From assembly GCA_011526565.1 (NCBI GenBank), contig WYBL01000086.1, forward strand, positions 22,219 through 86,218: a stretch of 64,000 nt of DNA, given 5' to 3'. A model generated the notes under the pieces. It had not been told where the DNA came from and ran no database searches. It worked only from the letters and a program-made list of their open reading frames with translations. Below, one piece after another: positions 28,225 through 36,847 of the stretch; positions within the stretch are counted from its first letter, which is position 1, and every line of letters starts with the position of its first letter. The stretch comes from Acidobacteriota bacterium (GTDB taxonomy: Bacteria; Acidobacteriota; Vicinamibacteria; Fen-336). The translations under genes and the position numbers were made by a program.

Positions 28225-29535
28225 GTGCTGGATCTGAAGTTCGTCATCGAGAACAGGGACAAGGTGCTCGAGCGGCTGGCCGCCCGCGGCAGCAGCCTCG
28301 AGCAGGTGTTCGCCTGGCCGGGACTGGAGGGCGCCGACCCGTGGGCGCTCGACGGCGAGCGACGGGCCACGATCCAGGCTGCCGAGGAGCGCCGCCACCG
28401 CCAGAAGAAGGTCGGCGAGGAGATCGCCCGCCGCGGCAAGGCGAAGGAGGACACCTCCGGGCTGCGCGCCGAGATGAAGGTCGTCTCCGACGAGATCAAG
28501 GCGCTCGAGGAGAAGCTGGCCGGCATCGAGAACACGCTGCGCCAGTTCCTGCTGGTGCTGCCCAATCTGCCCGACGACTCGGTGCCGGTCGGCGCTTCGG
28601 CCGACGACAACGTCGAGGTGCGCCGGGTGGGCACGCCGCGCAGGTTCGACTTCGAGCCGAAGGCGCACTGGGACCTCGGCCCCGCGCTCGGCATCCTCGA
28701 CTTCGAGCGCGCCGCGAAGGTGTCGGGCGCGCGCTTCGCCACCTACTTCGACCAGGGCGCCCGGCTCGAGCGTGCGCTCGTCCAGTTCATGCTCGACCTG
28801 CACACCACCGAGCGCGGCTATCGCGAGGTGATCCCGCCCTACCTGGTCACGGCCGAGACCCTGCTCGGCACCGGACAGCTCCCGAAGTTCGAGGGCGACC
28901 TGTTCAAGACCCGCGCGGGCGAGCGCGAGCTGTACCTGATCCCGACCGCCGAGGTGCCGCTGACCGCCCTGCACCGCGACGAGATCCTCGAGGCCGACGC
29001 GGTGCCCGTGCGCTACGTCGCCTTCACGCCCTGCTTCCGCTCGGAGGCCGGCTCTCACGGCAAGGACGTGCGCGGCCTGATCCGCCAGCACCAGTTCCAC
29101 AAGGTCGAGCTCGTCAAGCTGACGACACCCGAAACCTCGATGGAAGAACTCGAGAAGATGGTCGCCGACGCGGAAGAGGTGCTGAAGCGGCTGGAGCTGC
29201 CCTATCGCGTGATGGCGCTGTGCAGCGGCGACATGGGCAGCAACTCGGCGAAGACCTACGACCTCGAGGTGTGGCTGCCGGGGCAGAACGCCTACCGCGA
29301 GATCAGCTCCTGCTCGAACTGCACCGACTACCAGGCCCGCCGCGCGTCGCTGCGCTACCGGCCCGAGCCCAAGGGCAAGCCGCGCTTCCTCCACACGCTG
29401 AACGGCAGCGGACTGGCCGTCGGCCGCACCCTGGTCGCCGTGCTCGAGAACCACCAGCAGGCGGACGGCAGCGTGGCGATCCCGAAGGCCCTGCGCCCCT
29501 ACATGGGCGGCCTGGAAGTGATCACGCGGCGGTAG
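28225..29535 (+). CDS. serS: Seryl-tRNA synthetase
   Basis: N-terminal coiled coil, class-II aaRS motifs; GTG start with GAGAGG RBS. Confidence 0.95.
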   Translation: MLDLKFVIENRDKVLERLAARGSSLEQVFAWPGLEGADPWALDGERRATIQAAEERRHRQKKVGEEIARRGKAKEDTSGLRAEMKVVSDEIKALEEKLAGIENTLRQFLLVLPNLPDDSVPVGASADDNVEVRRVGTPRRFDFEPKAHWDLGPALGILDFERAAKVSGARFATYFDQGARLERALVQFMLDLHTTERGYREVIPPYLVTAETLLGTGQLPKFEGDLFKTRAGERELYLIPTAEVPLTALHRDEILEADAVPVRYVAFTPCFRSEAGSHGKDVRGLIRQHQFHKVELVKLTTPETSMEELEKMVADAEEVLKRLELPYRVMALCSGDMGSNSAKTYDLEVWLPGQNAYREISSCSNCTDYQARRASLRYRPEPKGKPRFLHTLNGSGLAVGRTLVAVLENHQQADGSVAIPKALRPYMGGLEVITRR

Positions 29536-29559
29536 GCGACCGCTCCGCCCCCTGATTCT

Positions 29560-31425
29560 TCAATTCTTCTTGAAGTTGAACTGGGCGGACTGCTGGACCT
29601 TGACCTTGACGCCTGCCTTCGTCGCCGGTTCGTAGCGCCAGGTCGCGACGGCCTTCAGGCCGGCGTCGTCGAGCGCCTTGCCTCCCGACTGCGCGACCCG
29701 CAGCTCCGTCGTCCGGCCCTTTTCGTCGACGATGAACTCGACGAGGACGACGGCCGGCAGCTTGACGTCCTTCGTCACGGCCGGCATCTGGACCGGGTCG
29801 CCGGACACCTTCTTCGGCGGCGTCATGTCCGTCGAGAGGGGCACCAGGTCGCCCTCCTTGACGGCCGGCGGTGGCGGCTCGGCGGGCTTGCGGGTGAGCA
29901 CGACCCCGACGCCGATGGCGACCGCCAGCAGCGCGGCCAGCCCGCCGATCAGCAGCCCCTTGTTGCCGCCGGAGGCCGCGGCGGGTGCCGCCACCGGCGC
30001 GGTCGCCGCCGCGACGGGACTGCCGGCGGGCGGCGTCGGCGGGGCGGGCACGGCGACGGCGCGCGGCACGTGCACCGTCGGCGCGTCCTCGTCGATCGGC
30101 GGCGGCGCCACGGCCGGCCGGCCCGAGCCTCCGCGCAGGTCCACCGTCGCGGGCTCGTCGTCCAGCGGCGGCGGCGGCACCGCCGGCCGTGCCGACGGGG
30201 AGGGGGGAGCGAGATCCGCCAGGGGATGATCGTCGACCACTTCGACGACCTCGACGTCTTCCGCGAGCGCCGCGCCTTCGGCGAGCGCGGAGGCGGCCTG
30301 GTCGGCGCCGAGGTAGACGGTGGACTCGGCGTCTTCGGCGGGCGTCGCCGGCGGCGGCGGCGGCGCGGCGGCGGGCGGCGGCGGCGGCACGGCCTTGCGG
30401 CCGCCGGAGATGGTGCCGCCCACGCTGCGCCGCCCCGACGACACGCCGCCCGAGGTGCCGCCGGAGCGGGCGCCCGCGTCGGCCGGGGGGCCGCCGAGCT
30501 CGTCGGCGTCCATCACCACCATCGACCCGGTGCCGGCCTCCGGCACCCCGGCCGGGCGCGCCACCGAGGCCGCCGGCGCCTCGTGGCCGAGCAGCGCCTG
30601 GGAGAACTCGGTCGCCGACTGGTAGCGGTCGTTGGCCTCCTTCGAGAGCACCTTCTCGAAGATGGCGTCGTACTCGTGGGGCAGGCCGAAATCGGCGATC
30701 CGCTTCGGGGGCTCGCGGATGATGCTCGTGATGATCACGGACACCGACTTGCCGGGGAACGGACGGTGTCCGGTCAGCGCCTCGTAGGCCGTGACGCCGA
30801 GGCTGAAGATGTCGGCCCGCGGGTCGGCGGGCCGGCCCATGATCACCTCGGGTGCCATGTACGACGCCGAGCCGAGCACGGCACCCGCCGCGGTGAGCTG
30901 CGAGCCGCCGATGCGGGCGAGGCCGAAGTCCATCACCTTCACCAGCCCGTCCGTCTGCACCATGATGTTGGCGGGCTTGATGTCGCGGTGGACGACGCCG
31001 TGGCGATGGGCGTAGTCGAGCGCGTCGGCCACCGAGGCGACGATCTCGAGCATGCGCTGGGCGCCGGGCGGGTTCGGGCTCTTGATCACCGCCGCAAGGC
31101 TCTGGCCCTCGACGAACTCCATCACCATGAAGTCGGGCCCGAGGTCGAAGACCTTGACGATGTTCGGGTGGTTGAGCACGCCCGAGACCTGGGCCTCGCG
31201 CCGGAAGCGCTCGAGGTACTCCTCGGCGCCGACCTCCATCTGGGCCAGGAAGGCGCGGTTCAGCGCCTTGATCGCGACGGTGCGGCCGATGAAGGGGTCG
31301 CGGCCCTTGTACACGACGCCCATGGCGCCGCGGCCGACCTCCTCGATCACCTCGTAACGGCCGAAGTCCTGGTCCATCTCTACGGCAGGGCGCTCCCCGG
31401 GGGATTGAGCTCCGGATGGTAGCAC
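29560..31425 (-). CDS. Hanks-type Ser/Thr protein kinase fused to Pro-rich linker, TM helix and TonB C-terminal domain (start 31425 or 31377)
   Basis: GRGAMGVVYKG, HRDIKPAN, DFG, APE kinase motifs; C-terminal TonB_C-like LPAVVLVEFIVDEKGRTTELRV...LKAVATWRYEPATKAGVKVKV. Confidence 0.9.
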   Translation of the reverse strand: MLPSGAQSPGERPAVEMDQDFGRYEVIEEVGRGAMGVVYKGRDPFIGRTVAIKALNRAFLAQMEVGAEEYLERFRREAQVSGVLNHPNIVKVFDLGPDFMVMEFVEGQSLAAVIKSPNPPGAQRMLEIVASVADALDYAHRHGVVHRDIKPANIMVQTDGLVKVMDFGLARIGGSQLTAAGAVLGSASYMAPEVIMGRPADPRADIFSLGVTAYEALTGHRPFPGKSVSVIITSIIREPPKRIADFGLPHEYDAIFEKVLSKEANDRYQSATEFSQALLGHEAPAASVARPAGVPEAGTGSMVVMDADELGGPPADAGARSGGTSGGVSSGRRSVGGTISGGRKAVPPPPPAAAPPPPPATPAEDAESTVYLGADQAASALAEGAALAEDVEVVEVVDDHPLADLAPPSPSARPAVPPPPLDDEPATVDLRGGSGRPAVAPPPIDEDAPTVHVPRAVAVPAPPTPPAGSPVAAATAPVAAPAAASGGNKGLLIGGLAALLAVAIGVGVVLTRKPAEPPPPAVKEGDLVPLSTDMTPPKKVSGDPVQMPAVTKDVKLPAVVLVEFIVDEKGRTTELRVAQSGGKALDDAGLKAVATWRYEPATKAGVKVKVQQSAQFNFKKN

Positions 31426-31450
31426 CGCGGGGCCCGGGCCCCGCCGCGCT

Positions 31451-32746
31451 CTAGGGGCGGTCCTTGAACTGGCGATAGAGCCGGGTGTGGCGCGTCTCCA
31501 GCGACTGCTCCACGCCGTCGACGAACACGTGGCTCACCGTCGTCCGGTGGTCCATCGGGTCGCCGCTGGCGACGAACAGGCTGGCCGACTTGCCGACCTC
31601 CAGCGAGCCGAGCGAGTCCGCCACGCCGAAGATCTCGGCGGGAGACAGCGTGATCGCGCGCAGCGCCGCCTCGGCGGGCAGCCCGAAGGCCCGCGCCATC
31701 GCCGCCTCGAACGGCAGGTTGCGGGCGTTGGAGGGGTCGTTGGTGACGATCGCGAACGGCACCCCCGCCCGGTGCAGCGCCAGCACGTTCGTGTAGGCGG
31801 CGTCGTAGGCGTCGCCCTCGCGGCGCGGCAGCCGGTCGACGTTGGCGAGCACCGCGGCGCCTTTCGCCTTCAACTCGTCCGTGCAGCGCCAGGCCTCGAG
31901 CCCGCCGGCGACGATCGGCTTCAGGCCGTGCCGCGCCGCGAAGGCCAGCGCGCCGCGGATGTCGTCTTCCGCGTCGGCGCGGAACACCACGGGCACCTCG
32001 CCGCGCGCCGCGGGTGCCAGCGCCTCCATCGCGAGGTCCAGCTCCGGGGCGGCGGCCTGGCCCGCCGTGGCCGCGGCCTGCGCCGCCGCGTGGGCCTTCG
32101 CCCGCGCCAGCAGCTCGGCGAGCCGGGCCAGCGCCTTGTCCTGGTTCTTCCTGCGCTCCTTCTGGCGCTCGTCGAACGTCTTCAGCTCCGGCTCCGCGAA
32201 CATCTGCGCGAGATCGAAACCGCCGCGCCCGCTCGGGTAGACGACGTGCATCGCGGCCGGTGCCTTCGCGACCAGCGACGCCGGCGTCGAGCCGGCCAGC
32301 CGGATCAGCGCGCTCTGCCCGGAGACGAGGCCGCCGCCCGGCGCCGAGAGCACGTGGGTGAGGCCCGCGGCGCGCGCGACGGGGATCAGGTCGGAGTGCG
32401 GGTGGACCGCGATCCACGCCTTCGCGTGGGGGTTGACGTCGCCCGTCTCCGCGACGTCGACCGAGCCGGCCACCGAGCTGATCTCGGTCAGGCCCAGCGT
32501 GTTGAGGCCGTCGATCAGGCCCGGGTAGACGTGCCTTCCGGCCACGTCGACGACCCGCGCCCCGGCCGGCGCCGCGATGCTCGCGCCGATCGCGGCGATC
32601 CTGCCGTCGACGATCAGCACGTCGCCCTTCTCGAGCGCGGGGCCCGACACCGGCACCACGCGGCCGCCGCGCAGCAGCGTCGCTTCGCCGGCGGAGAGCG
32701 GGACCGCGGCGAGGGCCAGGAGCAGGCTCGTCAGCGCGCGCTTCAC
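31451..32746 (-). CDS. Amidohydrolase-superfamily paralog lacking the HxH metal-binding motif (predicted non-catalytic), secreted
   Basis: Signal peptide; YPGLIDGLNTLG in place of HxH; GTG start with GGGAGGTG RBS, GTGA overlap with upstream gene. Confidence 0.8.
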   Translation of the reverse strand: MKRALTSLLLALAAVPLSAGEATLLRGGRVVPVSGPALEKGDVLIVDGRIAAIGASIAAPAGARVVDVAGRHVYPGLIDGLNTLGLTEISSVAGSVDVAETGDVNPHAKAWIAVHPHSDLIPVARAAGLTHVLSAPGGGLVSGQSALIRLAGSTPASLVAKAPAAMHVVYPSGRGGFDLAQMFAEPELKTFDERQKERRKNQDKALARLAELLARAKAHAAAQAAATAGQAAAPELDLAMEALAPAARGEVPVVFRADAEDDIRGALAFAARHGLKPIVAGGLEAWRCTDELKAKGAAVLANVDRLPRREGDAYDAAYTNVLALHRAGVPFAIVTNDPSNARNLPFEAAMARAFGLPAEAALRAITLSPAEIFGVADSLGSLEVGKSASLFVASGDPMDHRTTVSHVFVDGVEQSLETRHTRLYRQFKDRP

Positions 32747-34026
32747 TGCGCACCTCCCGCCGCCGTCGCGGCGCTTCTCGCGGCGAGGTCCTGCGCGCGG
32801 TCGAAGCGCACGACGCCGTCGACCAGCGTCATCTCGACCCGGGCGTCGGGCGAGAAGGGGTGGGCGGAGAACACCGCGAGGTCCGCCTGCTTGCCGGCCT
32901 CGATCGAGCCGACCAGGTGGTCGACGCCGAGCTGCCAGGCGGGGTTCAGCGTGATCATCTTCAGCGCCTCCTGCTCCGGCACGCCGCCGTAGCGCACGGC
33001 CTTGGCCGCCTCCCAGTACAGCCGCCGCGCCAGCTCGTTGGAGTCCGAGTTGAGCGAGACGACGACGCCCTTCGAGTGCAGCACCGCCGCGTTGAAGGGG
33101 ATCGCGTCGTGGGCCTCGAGCTTGAACGCCCACCAGTCGGAGAAGGTCGAGGCGCCGGCCCCGTGCTTCGCGATCTCGGAGGCGACCTTGTAGCCCTCCA
33201 GCACGTGCTGGAACGTGCGCACCTTGAAACCGAGCTCCTCGGCCAGGCCGATCAGCATCAGGATCTCGTCCGAGCGGTAGCAGTGGGCGTGGATCAGCAC
33301 CTTGCCGTCGAGGATGTCGGCGATCGTCTCCAGTCGCAGGTCGCGCCGCGGCGGCACCGGCGCGATCGCGCCCCTGCCCGCCGCCTTCTTCTTCTCGTGC
33401 TGCTGCCACTCGCGGCGGTAGGCCTTCGCCTCCAGGAACGCCTCGCGGATCACCTCGGCGACGCCCATCCGGGTCGCCGGGTAGCGGCGCGGGCCGGGGG
33501 CGCTGAAGTTCGCGCGCTTGGGGTTCTCGCCGAGTGCGAACTTGATCCCGCGCGGCGCCTCGGCGAACACGAGCTGCGCCGGGTCGTCGACGCCCCAGCG
33601 CAGCTTGAGCACCGCGTTCTGGCCGCCGATCGCGTTGCACGAGCCGTGCAGCACGTTGATCGCGGTGACGCCGCCGGCGAGCTGGCGGTAGAGGTTCACG
33701 TCGCGGTGGTCGATCACGTCCGCGATCCGCACCTGCGCGGTGACCACGTCGGTGCACTCGTTGACGTTGTCCTCGATCGCCGCGTGCGAGTGGGCGTCGA
33801 TGATGCCGGGCATCACGAAGCGGCCCGCGCCGTCGATCACCTTCGCGCCGGCGGGCACCGTCACGTCGGCGCCGACCGCGGCGATCCTGCCGTCGCGGAT
33901 CAGCACCGTGGCCTTGTCGAGGTTGCCGGCCTTCGACACGGTGAGCACCGTGGCGCCGACGATCGCCGTCGTCTCGCCGGCGGCCGGCGCGGCCGCGAGC
34001 AGGGCGCAGAGCAGCAGGGCGTTCAT
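32743..34026 (-). CDS. Amidohydrolase-superfamily protein (catalytic; HxH present), secreted
   Basis: MPGIIDAHSHAAIED metal-binding motif, further His/Asp ligands; signal peptide. Confidence 0.85.
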   Translation of the reverse strand: MNALLLCALLAAAPAAGETTAIVGATVLTVSKAGNLDKATVLIRDGRIAAVGADVTVPAGAKVIDGAGRFVMPGIIDAHSHAAIEDNVNECTDVVTAQVRIADVIDHRDVNLYRQLAGGVTAINVLHGSCNAIGGQNAVLKLRWGVDDPAQLVFAEAPRGIKFALGENPKRANFSAPGPRRYPATRMGVAEVIREAFLEAKAYRREWQQHEKKKAAGRGAIAPVPPRRDLRLETIADILDGKVLIHAHCYRSDEILMLIGLAEELGFKVRTFQHVLEGYKVASEIAKHGAGASTFSDWWAFKLEAHDAIPFNAAVLHSKGVVVSLNSDSNELARRLYWEAAKAVRYGGVPEQEALKMITLNPAWQLGVDHLVGSIEAGKQADLAVFSAHPFSPDARVEMTLVDGVVRFDRAQDLAARSAATAAGGAQ

Positions 34027-35306
34027 CGCGCGACCTCCTCGCCGGCGCGCGGCCGGCCCTCGCCGCCGGGCGCGGCGGGCTTGTCCTCCGGTTCGAAGCG
34101 CTCTCCGTCGACGAACACCAGCTTCGCCTTCGTGTCCTTTGCGAACGGCTCGCCCGACCAGGCGACCAGGTTGGCCGCCTTGCCCGCCTCCAGGCTGCCC
34201 GTGCGGTCATCGATGCCGAGCGCCTCCGCGGCGCCCAGCGTGACCGCGCGCAGGGCGGCCTCCTGCGGCAGCCCGCGCTCGATCGCCTTGCGGATGCCGG
34301 CCACGAAATCGCGGCCGTGGGCGGAGACGAGGGCGAAGCGCAGGCCGGCCACGTGCAGCTTGCCGGGGTTGCGCTCGGCCGCCTCGATGTCGGCCTTCTC
34401 CTTCGCCTCGTCGGGCCCGCCGCCGAAGCTGAAGCCGGCCGCCCGCGGCGGGTCGTAGTTCGTGGTGACGAGCAGCGGCCGCCCGGCCTTCTTCAGCAGG
34501 TCGGCGACTTCCCACGCCTGCGGGACGCCGGCCAGGACGACCTTCACGCCGAACTCCTGGCCCAGCGCCAGCGCGCGGCGGACGTCGTTGAGGCGGCTAC
34601 AGGTGACGATCAGGGGCAGGCGACCCGCGAGGACGTCCTGCCAGGCCCGCGCCGAGGCGTCGAAACGCGGGCGCTCCTTGCCGCGCGGGTCGCGCTCGTA
34701 GTCGTCCCACTGCGCCTGCTGGTGGCGGGCGTCGAGCAGCGCCTGGCGCGCCCACGCGACGGTGCCCATCAGCGAGGCCGGGTACTGGCGGCGCAGCGTC
34801 GACAGGTGCAGGTGCAGCGCCGCGGGCTGGCGCCACACCAGCGCCTCCGCCGTCTCGCCCGCCAGGTTGAGCAGCACGCTGCGCCCGCCGGCGATGCCGT
34901 CGGGCGCCACCACCAGCGCGGTGGTGATGCCGGCGTCCCGCGCCTTGAGCGCATCCGCCAGCTTCACGCGGTCGAGCACGTCCGCCTCCGCGGCCAGCGG
35001 GTCCGGGGCATTCGTGGCCGCGCCGCCCGGTCCGCCCGCGGGGCGGGCCGGCAGGCCGATGCCCGAGAAGGCGTCGATCAGGCCCGGGGTCAGGGTCAGG
35101 CCCGAGGCGTCGATCACCCGCGCGCCGGCCGGCACCGCGACGTCGGCGCCGACCGCCGCGATCACGCCGCCGCGCAGGAGCACGGTGGCCTTCTCGAGCG
35201 CCGGGCCCGAGACCGGCAGCACGCGGCCGCCGACCAGCGCGACGACGGGCTCGGCCGTGGCCGCCGGGGCCAGGGCCAGCAGCACGGCGAGAAACACGAA
35301 TCTCAT
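34023..35306 (-). CDS. Amidohydrolase-superfamily paralog lacking the HxH motif (predicted non-catalytic), secreted
   Basis: TPGLIDAFSGIG in place of HxH; signal peptide MRFVFLAVLLALAPAATA; ATGA overlap with the downstream gene. Confidence 0.8.
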   Translation of the reverse strand: MRFVFLAVLLALAPAATAEPVVALVGGRVLPVSGPALEKATVLLRGGVIAAVGADVAVPAGARVIDASGLTLTPGLIDAFSGIGLPARPAGGPGGAATNAPDPLAAEADVLDRVKLADALKARDAGITTALVVAPDGIAGGRSVLLNLAGETAEALVWRQPAALHLHLSTLRRQYPASLMGTVAWARQALLDARHQQAQWDDYERDPRGKERPRFDASARAWQDVLAGRLPLIVTCSRLNDVRRALALGQEFGVKVVLAGVPQAWEVADLLKKAGRPLLVTTNYDPPRAAGFSFGGGPDEAKEKADIEAAERNPGKLHVAGLRFALVSAHGRDFVAGIRKAIERGLPQEAALRAVTLGAAEALGIDDRTGSLEAGKAANLVAWSGEPFAKDTKAKLVFVDGERFEPEDKPAAPGGEGRPRAGEEVAR

Positions 35307-35341
35307 GCGTTTGCTCCTCAGGGGACCGGGACGGACGGCCT

Positions 35342-36436
35342 TCAGCGCGCCCGCACCGCGTGGGCGTAGGCGGCCGCAGCGCGCAGGGCGTACGACTCGA
35401 GCAGCCGGTCGTACGGCTCCTCGTGGATCGACAGCAGCAGCAGCGCGCCCAGCGTGCGCTGCGGCGTCGCCAGCGGCACCCGCAGCAGGGTGCCCGCCGA
35501 GAGCCGGAAGCCGAGGGCGGCTTCCGCCGTGGCGAGTTCCGCGGCGTCGAGCCGGGCCAGCGCCCCGCCGGCCAGCACGACCGGAGCGGGGCGGCCTGCC
35601 GCGCGCTCGAAGACGTCGCCGGCGGTGGCGACGACGCGCCCCCCGCCGTCTTCGCTCAGCACCAGCAGCCCGGCGGTGTAGCCGCCGACGCGCAGCGCTC
35701 CCTCCAGCAGCACCTGCTGCAGCGCCGCCGCCGGTTCGCCGGCGAACAGCGCCTGGTCGACCGCGACCAGCCGCTCCATCAGGGCGGCGTAGCGGCGCAG
35801 GTGCTCGTGGAGCTGCGCCTTGCGGATCACCGCGGCGGCCGAGAAGGCGACCGCCTTGGCGCGGTACAGGTCCTCGTCGCCGAAGGCCTGGACGCGGCCG
35901 CGGCCGAGGGCGAGCACGCCCAGCACCTGGCCCTCGACCAGCAGCGGGATGCCGGCCCACGAGCCGATCTCGCCGCAGCCGGGCAGCGGTGCGAAGCGCT
36001 CGTCGGCCGCCACGTCGGCCACCACGACCTCGCGGCGGGTGGCGCACACCTCGTCGACCAGCGCGCTGCGGAAGCGCTGGCCGAGCGCGAGGCCGGGCTC
36101 CTCGAAGCCGCGCACGGCGAAGGCGCGGAAGCTGGCGTCCGGCTCCTGCAGCAGCAGCGCGCAGGAGTCGTAGAGGACCAGCCGAGCGAGCTGCTTCAGC
36201 ACCTCGCCGACCGTCTCCTCCAGGCTCTGCTGGCGGCCGATCGCCTCCAGGATCTCGCGCAGCGTCTCGGCCTCGAGCCGGCGCTCGCGCTCGACCTCGA
36301 CGGTGCCGACCGGGTCGTGGCGCCGCCGCTCGCGGCCGATCTCCTCGCGCAGCGCGTCCAGCACCTCCGCGCGGTGGGCCTCCGTCAGCCCCACCAGGCG
36401 TCGCTCGACCTCGCGCAGCAGACGCTCCGTGTTCAT
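35342..36436 (-). CDS. Tandem GAF-domain protein
   Basis: Two GAF-like modules, 364 aa. Confidence 0.75.
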   Translation of the reverse strand: MNTERLLREVERRLVGLTEAHRAEVLDALREEIGRERRRHDPVGTVEVERERRLEAETLREILEAIGRQQSLEETVGEVLKQLARLVLYDSCALLLQEPDASFRAFAVRGFEEPGLALGQRFRSALVDEVCATRREVVVADVAADERFAPLPGCGEIGSWAGIPLLVEGQVLGVLALGRGRVQAFGDEDLYRAKAVAFSAAAVIRKAQLHEHLRRYAALMERLVAVDQALFAGEPAAALQQVLLEGALRVGGYTAGLLVLSEDGGGRVVATAGDVFERAAGRPAPVVLAGGALARLDAAELATAEAALGFRLSAGTLLRVPLATPQRTLGALLLLSIHEEPYDRLLESYALRAAAAYAHAVRAR

Positions 36437-36497
36437 GAAGAATCGCACGGATTCTAGCAGCCGGCCGCGCGATAGACTGCGGGAGCGCCGCGCCTTC

Positions 36498-36584
36498 GGA
36501 GGGCTAGCCTAACGGTAAGGCAGGAGCCTTGAAAGCTCCCGGGCCGCAAGGCCCTTGGGGGTTCGAATCCCTCGCCCTCCGCCA
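36498..36584 (+). tRNA. tRNA-Ser (anticodon UGA), 87 nt with long variable arm and encoded CCA
   Basis: Acceptor GGAGGGC/GCCCTCC, D-stem GCCT/AGGC, anticodon stem GGAGC/GCTCC with loop CTTGAAA, variable arm GGGCC-GCAA-GGCCC, T-loop TTCGAAT, discriminator G, CCA. Confidence 0.9.
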
Positions 36585-36847
36585 GATCATTCCGGAGTCG
36601 CGGCGACGCCTCACGGCGTCTCCGCGCTCCCTGGGTCTGGGCGGAGGAGCGCAGCGACGGAGCCCAGCGGCCCGAGCGCCGGGATTCACTCCCGGCGCGA
36701 GCCGCCTTCCTGGGCTACGTCGGACGACTCCGGCCTCCTCCGCCCCCGAACCCCCACGGGCATCCAGAATCGCAGGTTCATCGCGTTGAAGTCCACAAAA
36801 TCGGGCGCCGGGGGACTATGATGCGCGGCAATTCTCGAGGAGGTCTG

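Noticed and set aside
30000-30700. Repetitive GC-rich stretch inside the kinase gene
   Set aside because: It corresponds to the Pro/Ala-rich linker between the kinase and TonB_C domains, so it is coding low complexity.
36498-36584. tRNA-Ser as a possible genomic-island integration site
   Set aside because: There is no integrase, no direct repeat of the tRNA 3' end and no compositional shift downstream. The next gene is a typical TonB-dependent receptor.
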